Source of the DNA: a virus
Taxonomy: Duplodnaviria; Caudoviricetes
Direction: 5' to 3' (one strand)
DNA length: 64,000 bases
IMG/VR virus record: IMGVR_UViG_3300044613_001789
Location: 202-64,201 of that record
The position numbers and the translations under genes were made by a program. Positions 57,018 to 64,000 of this stretch are shown here, one piece after another; position 1 is the stretch's first letter, and each line of letters starts with the position of its first letter. The notes under the pieces were generated by a model. That model saw only the letters and a program-made list of their open reading frames with translations. It was not told where the DNA came from and did no database searches.

Positions 57018-58074
57018 AGCGGTTTTTCCGAATTACTTGCATTTGGCTCATGTAGTCCGTGAAGCTGGCTGTCAGGAGATCCTGAAGCTGTGCTTCCTTA
57101 TCTTCAGATTCGATGCGAGAGATCAACTCTTCTCGGTAGTAGGTCTTCTCTCCAAACAGCTCCGGTATCTTGTACCGTCCGCCGGTAATGTACTTATTAT
57201 CGACCAGCCACTTAAGAGAGCTGCCGATATTGTCGATCCCGTGAGTCGGGTAGAACTCCTCGTCGAATATTAGCTTCATCCCATTCACCCGGTTCTTATG
57301 TACCTTGACAGATACGTCGTCCCCAATTTGGACTTTCTTTCCGTTGATTTCCCTCTCGATCTTAGTCTTTAACTTGGTTTCGAGTTCTACGTGAGCCCAG
57401 AACTTGATAGCCCGTCCGCCCGGTACAACGTCTTTCGGTGAGTAGGGGTTGGCTTTCTGTACGTTATCTCGGTGTTGACTAATTCCTATCAAGATAGAAT
57501 TAGTCTTAACTAGCTTCGGCACTAGTAACCGCAAGCGGTTAGAGTGGATTTTACCGTGCTCCATTGCGTAGGAGCCGTCTGGATCTTTATCCTCTGCCCG
57601 TTTCTTGCTGTCCTCTCCGATCTTTTTGATCGCCGACGCCGGTAGCCATGCTTCGAAGGAATCGACCACGATTACAGAAGGAGTCTTGATGATCTCGTCT
57701 AACGCATCGTAGAGGTGATCTAAGCTCTTTGCTTCCATCGCCTCTAGCTTCGCAGCTAGCTTCGATCCGAAAAACTTCTCGCAGTTGAAGTTCGACCCGT
57801 TCTCCCCGTCGAATATGACGCAGCGATGATCGGCGTAGAGCGGCGAGTTCGCCGCCTCCGCCATTAGCATCTTGGCGTGAAAGGATTTCCCGCTGCCGGA
57901 ATCCCCGTGCAACCAGACAAACATGCCCGGCGATACGGATTTACCGATCTGGCCGGAGACGTGGAGATCCATCACGTCGCATCCGAGGCTCAGGTCTGGG
58001 GATGATAGTGCCGTCGTGGACGGCATCGCGGCGACGGCGTCTTCTAGTTGTTCGATATTTGATTTCTTAGCCAT
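57010..58074 (-). CDS. recA: RecA/UvsX-like recombinase
   Basis: GDSGSGKS, VVDS, ISQHR, PGGRAIKFWA, KNR. Confidence 0.88.
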   Translation of the reverse strand: MAKKSNIEQLEDAVAAMPSTTALSSPDLSLGCDVMDLHVSGQIGKSVSPGMFVWLHGDSGSGKSFHAKMLMAEAANSPLYADHRCVIFDGENGSNFNCEKFFGSKLAAKLEAMEAKSLDHLYDALDEIIKTPSVIVVDSFEAWLPASAIKKIGEDSKKRAEDKDPDGSYAMEHGKIHSNRLRLLVPKLVKTNSILIGISQHRDNVQKANPYSPKDVVPGGRAIKFWAHVELETKLKTKIEREINGKKVQIGDDVSVKVHKNRVNGMKLIFDEEFYPTHGIDNIGSSLKWLVDNKYITGGRYKIPELFGEKTYYREELISRIESEDKEAQLQDLLTASFTDYMSQMQVIRKNRYE

Positions 58075-58273
58075 TGTTTTCCTCTACCAGTCTGATTAAG
58101 CCTTGTTCCAAGGCAGTTGGGATATGGACGTGTTTATTAAAGCTGTCTTCCGGATCGTCGTAGAGTGCTTTGTCGTCCACTAGCCCAGGAAACCACTTAC
58201 CCTTCCAATAGAACATATCAGGGCGTTTCTCTAGCCGAGCACCTGTAGCCACCACAACGTATTTCTTTTCCAT
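58067..58273 (-). CDS. Hypothetical protein
   Basis: GAGG RBS. Confidence 0.6.
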   Translation of the reverse strand: MEKKYVVVATGARLEKRPDMFYWKGKWFPGLVDDKALYDDPEDSFNKHVHIPTALEQGLIRLVEENNG

Positions 58274-58285
58274 AATTTCCTCGAT

Positions 58286-58321
58286 AAAAAAAGCCGCCTG
58301 CCTATTCCTAAGCAGGCGGCT
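58286..58321 (-). terminator. Intrinsic terminator after the SSB gene
   Basis: AGCCGCCTGC-N10-GCAGGCGGCT plus T run on the minus strand. Confidence 0.85.
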
Positions 58322-58353
58322 CAACCCACCAACACACAACTCACACAGTTGTA

Positions 58354-59187
58354 CTACTTATCCCAGTCCGCGTCAAACGGTGCCGAGTCGTCGGCTGTGG
58401 CGATAGCCGCCACAGCCTCTTCCTTAGCGGCCTGAACCGCTTTGCTCTGTCCTGCTGCTGCCATTGGCGAGCAGTCGATAAATCGACTCTTAGCCTCGTC
58501 ATACGGTAGCTTCTTCAGGCAAGCATCGAGGTCAACGGCATCCTTGATAAGATCCGATACCTTCACCGTTTTACCGGTAGATAAGGTGATCGAGCCGCCG
58601 TGCTTGTCGAAATCAAACGACGTAGCCTTATAGAACGTCTTACCCTCGAAGCTGGCAGCTTCCCAGTTGAAGGTAATGATGCTACCTTCAGTCGGATGCA
58701 TGAAAGCCTTAGCATGCTGTTGATTCGGGCGCTTCGCCTTGTTGACGGCGGCCTTCATCAGTTCTTCGGTGAAGTTGCGGTACGAGTGATCGAGTACCAG
58801 CAACTTCTCTACGGGCGTGTCGTCGTAAGTGATAACAAAGACGTTGAACATCCCCAAACGCTGTGCGCGTTTCTTGATGTTGTGCGACCGAAGATAGTCT
58901 TCGATAGGACATTTCTCGCCGAACGTCTGAACACAATCGAAGTAGCGGTTCTTGCGATCTGGTCCCAGATCCCGGTGCAGGTAGCAATCTCGTGTGTAGT
59001 ACAACTTTCCCGGTTCCGTCCGTGGGGAGTTCGTCGTGACGTAAGGCACGACCACCAACTGAACCAAACCCGCCTTGTCTACCTTCCATCGGCGATCCTT
59101 GGGAATATCGACAGGGTAATAGCTCTGTCCTCCTCCCATACGAGGAAGTTCGCCTTCCAAATTCAAATCATCAAATTCGTTACTCAT
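58354..59187 (-). CDS. Single-stranded DNA-binding protein (gp32-like)
   Basis: H...C..TFGEKCPI, acidic C-terminus PFDADWDK, context next to recA. Confidence 0.75.
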   Translation of the reverse strand: MSNEFDDLNLEGELPRMGGGQSYYPVDIPKDRRWKVDKAGLVQLVVVPYVTTNSPRTEPGKLYYTRDCYLHRDLGPDRKNRYFDCVQTFGEKCPIEDYLRSHNIKKRAQRLGMFNVFVITYDDTPVEKLLVLDHSYRNFTEELMKAAVNKAKRPNQQHAKAFMHPTEGSIITFNWEAASFEGKTFYKATSFDFDKHGGSITLSTGKTVKVSDLIKDAVDLDACLKKLPYDEAKSRFIDCSPMAAAGQSKAVQAAKEEAVAAIATADDSAPFDADWDK

Positions 59188-59593
59188 CCGAGTCAACTCC
59201 GTATTGGCCGGTTGTAAATCCACGAATCACCAGTTCGGCCAAATACTTACTGGCGCTTCGTTTAACGTCGAGTGCGTTAACAATAGCTTTTGTGCCGTTC
59301 ACGGCAAGTTTAGCCTCGATGACTGCATCTGTCAACGCAACCACCTGAGCATCACATTCAATTCGGGAGGCGATGCCTCCCTCTGTGACTTTCGCAATCC
59401 CGTATTCAATTGGTGCGGCACGCACCTTCATTTCCAACTGGGCCTTGAACAAGCCCAAGGCTTGTTCGGCCTTGTGTAACTTGTACAGGTCATCTGCAAG
59501 AGACGATTCCCATGCTCCTGTGTCGCTAGCTAGCGACGAGAGAGCTTCAGGTAACTTGTCTACGGTAAGATCTAAATCTACTGTTTTCGTCAT
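59180..59593 (-). CDS. UvsY-like recombination mediator
   Basis: Helical, KVTEGGI, context. Confidence 0.55.
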   Translation of the reverse strand: MTKTVDLDLTVDKLPEALSSLASDTGAWESSLADDLYKLHKAEQALGLFKAQLEMKVRAAPIEYGIAKVTEGGIASRIECDAQVVALTDAVIEAKLAVNGTKAIVNALDVKRSASKYLAELVIRGFTTGQYGVDSDE

Positions 59594-59645
59594 TGTATCA
59601 ATCCTCTTGGACTAGGTTGGTCATGGGCTAACGGTAATACTATAG

Positions 59646-60587
59646 CTACCTACTTGCCCAAGCAAGGTAATAATTTGCTAAAAATCCCGGTTTTTTTGAA
59701 TCGAAGAACGGATTCTTCATTGCCGTGATGACTTTCGCCGCCCTGGCGGCGTTTTTGCCCTCTTTCATGCAAGTCGCTGCGTACCGCAGCAGCATCCACC
59801 GGGCAGTCTCGACTTCGTCGTCCGTCATCTTGGATAGGTAGTCGGTGTAGAGGCTCTCCCAAGACTCCTTGCCCGGCCACATGATCGCCTTGCAAATGGG
59901 AAACAGGTCGTGAGATTCATCGCTGTCGATAGCACAGATCCGTTTCACGGATTCGGATTCGAAGCCGGCTGCGATGCATTGCTCCAGTAGCACTAATGCT
60001 CGGCGTGCCGAGCCTTGTGCGGAAGAGGCAATTACCTGTAGCGTCTCTCCAGAAAAGTCGTTAGCTCGGGCTTCCGTCTCTAGAACGCGTTGCATTAGAT
60101 TCACTAATTCGGCAGTAGTTAAATTAGCTAACGGCATGCCAGTGATCCGCGAGCGGATCGCCTTGTCGATTTTCTCCGGTTGCGAGGTGCAGACGAAGAA
60201 GTAGACGTAAGCCGGGGTGTCTTCAAACACCTTCAGAAGCCCCTGGAACGCTTGCTTAGAGCATGAGTGGAACTCATCGAGAATATACACCCAAGGACCG
60301 CCTCCGAGCGGCTTATAGGCCATGTTGTCCTGTATCGACCGGATATCATCGATACCGGTCTTCTGGCCCATGTTCATCTCGATTATGTTTCTAGGGTCGG
60401 TGCAACCGACCTCTGCTGCCATAATCCTGGCTAATGTTGTCTTGCCTACGCCAGGCTCCCCGTAGAAGCCGAGAACGTGAGGCACGTTCTTGTCCTTGAT
60501 GAACTGCTTCAACTGGCTAACGGCAACGGCTTGGCCGATGACGGCATCGAGGGACTTTGGCCGGTATTTTTTGTATAGTTCAAGCAT
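59646..60587 (-). CDS. Clamp loader AAA+ ATPase (DnaX/RFC-like)
   Basis: LYKKYRP...VIGQ, GEPGVGKTT, ILDEFH, IRSR, GSARRA. Confidence 0.92.
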   Translation of the reverse strand: MLELYKKYRPKSLDAVIGQAVAVSQLKQFIKDKNVPHVLGFYGEPGVGKTTLARIMAAEVGCTDPRNIIEMNMGQKTGIDDIRSIQDNMAYKPLGGGPWVYILDEFHSCSKQAFQGLLKVFEDTPAYVYFFVCTSQPEKIDKAIRSRITGMPLANLTTAELVNLMQRVLETEARANDFSGETLQVIASSAQGSARRALVLLEQCIAAGFESESVKRICAIDSDESHDLFPICKAIMWPGKESWESLYTDYLSKMTDDEVETARWMLLRYAATCMKEGKNAARAAKVITAMKNPFFDSKKPGFLANYYLAWASR

Positions 60588-61176
60588 ACTCTCTCCAAAA
60601 CAAATAGGCATCAATTACTCGTTCTAGTTCCGCTTCTAAGTCTAGAAGCGTACCGTCATTCCGTATAATGTAGTCGGATTCCTTGACGGGGTCTATGGCT
60701 ACCTCGGATTCGTGTGTCGGGTCAGCCGGCTGTTCTCGCGTGCTTTGCACGCATATCAGCAGGCTGTCGGGTTGTGCGCGGAGGAAGGATACTTCGTTTG
60801 GGAAACGGATGCCCTGGATCGCTGTCCGTTCGTCGAGTCGCATTCGGGTATCCATGATCTTCAACCAGCAGTCTTCGCCGTGGAAACGGCGACCGCATTC
60901 GGTGCCGAGGAGCCGTAGATAGCGTCGAACGTCATCTGAATGACGTTTGACGTAATCGACCCCGAACACTGTCACCGCTGTGTTAAATTCCTCTGATGTA
61001 TAAGTAACGTCGTGATCGTTCACTCGTATGACTGGATTTAGGATCGCTAGCTGTTCGTAAACCGGATCACTGAAGCCCCGAACGGTGAAGCCGTATTTCT
61101 TATGCAGGATCTTGCAGCACTCGTCTTTTCCTGCATTCCGGTTTCCGCAGAATCCGATTACTTTGGGTAGGTTCAT
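60580..61176 (-). CDS. Deoxynucleoside monophosphate kinase
   Basis: G...AGKD, R..L..LGTE.GR, RFPNE, HESE, NDGT. Confidence 0.88.
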   Translation of the reverse strand: MNLPKVIGFCGNRNAGKDECCKILHKKYGFTVRGFSDPVYEQLAILNPVIRVNDHDVTYTSEEFNTAVTVFGVDYVKRHSDDVRRYLRLLGTECGRRFHGEDCWLKIMDTRMRLDERTAIQGIRFPNEVSFLRAQPDSLLICVQSTREQPADPTHESEVAIDPVKESDYIIRNDGTLLDLEAELERVIDAYLFWREYA

Positions 61177-61394
61177 GGCAGCTCTCTATGCTTGCGTAGA
61201 AGTTTCACGGCATTGTATATGACTTTGAGATCCTCCCCTCGCATGGCCATTCCTGTGTTTACACAGGGCAGTTCCAGCATATCCTGTAAGGCATCCAAGA
61301 GACGCGGAGCGTCTTTTTTTAACTCCTCCGTGTTCGTTGGTCCGAAGCAGACGGTATACGGTTCTAGGTTACAGGTTATTTTTGTTGGCATCAC
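61173..61394 (-). CDS. Hypothetical protein
   Basis: APRLLDAL motif. Confidence 0.55.
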   Translation of the reverse strand: MMPTKITCNLEPYTVCFGPTNTEELKKDAPRLLDALQDMLELPCVNTGMAMRGEDLKVIYNAVKLLRKHRELP

Positions 61395-62788
61395 TTCTCA
61401 TCTCCTCTGTAAGCTACTTTGTCGCTCCAACTAACGTCGCTGACTTCTACTTCTACCTTTAGATCCAGAATCAACCAAGGCCATTTTTTCCTGAGCTTGG
61501 TTGTCATAATCTCGCTGGCCATGCCAACATATTCATGCAACTCTGCTCTCGGCACTAGGGCCAAGAGCGAATCGTGGATCTCCATAAACGGACGCGATAG
61601 CATCTTCCTCTCCTCAATCTCCTTCTGGATATCGATAATGGATTGGAGTAGGCAGTGAAAACTACTCCCCTGAACCGGGGCATTGATGATGAAATTCCGT
61701 GTCTCTACGCCCCGCCAAAGGAATCCGGTCAAGTTGTAGAAGTACCCCTTAGCCAGATACTCCCGATACCAGTCTTTCTTCCACTGTGCATACGTCCGAT
61801 ACCGTTTGCCCCAGAAGTCGTCTTCGACCGACTTGATATGCGAGACGAAGGTGTCACTGTCCATGTTAGCCACCCATTTCTGTTCGCCTTCGTCGAACTC
61901 AATGCCCAGTCGCTTGATGCCCACCGACGAGAGATGCTCCAGCATCCCAGTCTTCCCTGCCGTCTTCCATAACCTCCTAGCCACATCAACGTAGTAGTTG
62001 CCGTAGAACCAACCGAACACTGCATCTCCTTTGGCTGCGGTACGCAGCGTTTTGGCTAATGCCTTGTTCTCGGTAGCCCAGTTATCATCATATTTGAAGC
62101 ACTGCTTCGCGGTAGCCGAATGCATATCGAAACCACTTTCGAGGTTATCGATCATCGTTGTGTCTTTGTGGTAGCAGGCGGCTACGTGAACTTCTAGAGC
62201 CGAGTAGTCGATTTCGACTATGTACCACCCTTCCGGGGGGCATACGCATCCTTTGACGTACTTAGTGACTGACTTGTTACGGGAAGGCAGATTGTTGAGG
62301 TTCGGGCTGTCTGCGGAACCTCTGAATGATTTCACGTTGTGTAGGTTCAAGAACCCGTGCACCCGCCCCTTAACGCAATCGCGTTCTAGGGCATCGAGGT
62401 AGGTTCCTTTTAGCTTGTAGAGTTTTTGCAACTGCAAAAACTCAGCGACGTAGTCAGAGTCGAGAAGTAGCAATGCATCCTCATCGAGGATGTATTTCTT
62501 AGACTTTTTTGACTTCTTAGCTCCCGGTAGCTTTAGAAAATCATACAAAACCCATCCCAGTTGATCTCTGGAGTTCAGGTTGCATTCCGCACCATAGCGT
62601 CTCTGCTGGATTCCGTAATACTCATGCTTACGGAGCTTGGATTCGCGTTCGCGAATTTCAGCCTGGACTTCGCGTTGGGCTACGGCAAGTTTGTCTACAC
62701 TGACCGGCAACCCTTCGGATTCTATTTTCGAAAGGGCGATGGCCCCTTGCGTGAACAAGCGGTATGCGCTTCGCGTTGCTGGTTTCAT
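61391..62788 (-). CDS. Family A DNA polymerase, polymerase domain only
   Basis: PNLNNLP, DYSALE (A), RTAAKGDAVFGWFYG (B), NAPVQG, IHDS (C). Confidence 0.95.
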   Translation of the reverse strand: MKPATRSAYRLFTQGAIALSKIESEGLPVSVDKLAVAQREVQAEIRERESKLRKHEYYGIQQRRYGAECNLNSRDQLGWVLYDFLKLPGAKKSKKSKKYILDEDALLLLDSDYVAEFLQLQKLYKLKGTYLDALERDCVKGRVHGFLNLHNVKSFRGSADSPNLNNLPSRNKSVTKYVKGCVCPPEGWYIVEIDYSALEVHVAACYHKDTTMIDNLESGFDMHSATAKQCFKYDDNWATENKALAKTLRTAAKGDAVFGWFYGNYYVDVARRLWKTAGKTGMLEHLSSVGIKRLGIEFDEGEQKWVANMDSDTFVSHIKSVEDDFWGKRYRTYAQWKKDWYREYLAKGYFYNLTGFLWRGVETRNFIINAPVQGSSFHCLLQSIIDIQKEIEERKMLSRPFMEIHDSLLALVPRAELHEYVGMASEIMTTKLRKKWPWLILDLKVEVEVSDVSWSDKVAYRGDEK

Positions 62789-63045
62789 ACTTCAGGCCAC
62801 CCAAGCAATGTCCTTAATTTATTCCTTACAGAAGAAAGCCTAATCAAGTCCTTCTCGTATGACTCGGTAACGAATTTCTCTCGTTTGTTTCGATAGGAAT
62901 TTTGTGATCTCAACGACTGCAAACACGCATGGGTGTTCTCAATGGCTGTATCGCACGCAACTATTGCCTCGCGTATGATTTCTGCATCAACGCTAACGAA
63001 TGTAGGTTGATGCCCTTGCATGGGTATAAGTGGGTGTCCTTCCAC
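62785..63045 (-). CDS. Hypothetical protein
   Basis: Coupled ORF. Confidence 0.5.
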   Translation of the reverse strand: MEGHPLIPMQGHQPTFVSVDAEIIREAIVACDTAIENTHACLQSLRSQNSYRNKREKFVTESYEKDLIRLSSVRNKLRTLLGWPEV

Positions 63046-63047
63046 GG

Positions 63048-63278
63048 CTATTTCTTTCCTATCTGCCCGCGTGCGTTCCGCACGGTTGCCGTATTTCCCT
63101 TCACCGTGACGCTACCTGCTAGACGCCCTCGGGCGTCCCTTAACTGAATCGTCGATTGCTTTACGGTAGCCGTGGCGATGATTCGACCTTGGCTATCGCG
63201 GAAACGGATTCGGTCATCGGCGGAAGCCGATGCTGTGAATAGTATCACAAATGATACAAAAGTGATTAGTGTTTTCAT
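63048..63278 (-). CDS. Small secreted protein with RDxxGR repeats
   Basis: Signal peptide ending ASA; RDSQGR, RDARGR, RNARGQ. Confidence 0.7.
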   Translation of the reverse strand: MKTLITFVSFVILFTASASADDRIRFRDSQGRIIATATVKQSTIQLRDARGRLAGSVTVKGNTATVRNARGQIGKK

Positions 63279-63634
63279 CAGTATTTCTTTCCTCCGACCT
63301 TGGCCCGATTCTCGGGCTTGTGGTCAAGTCGCTGTTGGTTGTAGGCTGCCTTTTCTTCTAAGATCGTGCCGAGAGGTATGCCTAAGAACCCGGCCAGATC
63401 GAATACACGGATCAAAACGTCAGCAAGTTCGACGGCGACCATCTCCCGGTGCGGGAGCTTGTCGTCTTTAAGTCCTTTGCGATGTCCTTCGAGAGCTTCC
63501 GCACATTCGCTAACGATCAATGCCAACTTGGTTGGCACCACTAGCGGATTGAACTCTTGGTCCCACCAACCGGCTTTACGGTTGTTCTCGTGCGTCTCGA
63601 CGCATAGTTTGTCTAATACTTCTGCTGTATTCAT
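63278..63634 (-). CDS. MazG-like nucleotide pyrophosphohydrolase
   Basis: LALIVSECAEALE..RK, ELADVLIR.FD, K..YN..R. Confidence 0.88.
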   Translation of the reverse strand: MNTAEVLDKLCVETHENNRKAGWWDQEFNPLVVPTKLALIVSECAEALEGHRKGLKDDKLPHREMVAVELADVLIRVFDLAGFLGIPLGTILEEKAAYNQQRLDHKPENRAKVGGKKY

Positions 63635-64000
63635 TAAATGAACCTTGAAATTAAATGGAATCGCCCACGATGTGGGCTACCGGCAACCGCCACATATTTC
63701 GAAGGCAACTCGCCCAGAAACTCCTGCTCTCGCAGTACGATATAGTTTAGCCGGCATATCTGGCTGTCTCTCTCGAATTCCGACATATTTATCCCAATTG
63801 CTGCGTTAGCATGTGCCCAGATGCCTTTTGAGCCGGTAAAATTGACTTTGGAGAGATACCAGCTATTATATCCCTCCTTATTCACCTGACTTGCCGTCAG
63901 CAATAGTATCTTGAACTCAGAACTGATTGCCCGTAGGTTCTTCCAAATATGATCGTGGGCTTCGTGTCCTTCTGTATGCGGGGATTTGGCGATCAATCCT
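63634..64000 (-). CDS. DnaB-like replicative helicase, C-terminal part (truncated by the window edge)
   Basis: W..LR.IS....LLTASQ.N, then a Gly-Ile/Arg-finger-like region. Confidence 0.7.
   Translation of the reverse strand, partial: GLIAKSPHTEGHEAHDHIWKNLRAISSEFKILLLTASQVNKEGYNSWYLSKVNFTGSKGIWAHANAAIGINMSEFERDSQICRLNYIVLREQEFLGELPSKYVAVAGSPHRGRFHLISRFI

Larger units (their letters stand above)
1..64000. mobile_element. Tailed bacteriophage genome segment (siphovirus-like)
   Basis: Terminase-portal-protease-capsid-neck-tail tube-chaperone-tape measure order, an opposite-strand replication module and a cluster of small early genes; no host genes recognised. Confidence 0.97.

Noticed and set aside
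1-64000. Alternative genetic code or stop-codon readthrough
   Set aside because: Core genes are full length under the standard code and use all three stop codons

Overview
The whole window is a segment of a tailed dsDNA bacteriophage (siphovirus-like, long non-contractile tail); no integrase, repressor or host housekeeping genes are visible. A Planctomycetota host is my inference from the style of several secreted hypothetical proteins and the protease/thioredoxin module, not a demonstrated fact. Layout: (1) 1-8.3 kb, + strand: end of a probable glycosyltransferase-sulfotransferase gene, accessory virion/fibre genes (two paralogous polyglycine proteins, a LamG + repeat protein) and a putative small terminase. 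(2) 8.4-17.5 kb: two HNH genes, a FkbM methyltransferase and a leftward cluster of small early genes with repeated start motifs and a tRNA-like mini-element. (3) 17.5-19.2 kb: non-coding divergence region with a ~540-nt candidate structured RNA, boxA-like site and a 28-bp palindromic tandem repeat. (4) 19.2-46.4 kb, + strand: sugar O-methyltransferase, HU-like protein, terminase, portal, protease/scaffold, capsid, a papain-like protease/thioredoxin module, neck and tail genes (with a -1 frameshift), Cys-rich and mucin-like tail-tip proteins, an Erv1/Alr-like protein and a large GT2 fusion. (5) 46.4-64 kb, - strand: replication/recombination module (split Rad50, Mre11, UDG-exonuclease separated from a PolA polymerase domain, clamp, clamp loader, RecA, SSB, helicase). 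Best candidate for an undescribed system: a phage-encoded pathway for a disulfide-bonded, mucin-like, glycosylated (possibly methylated and sulfated) virion tip. All calls rest on motif recognition by eye; no searches were run.
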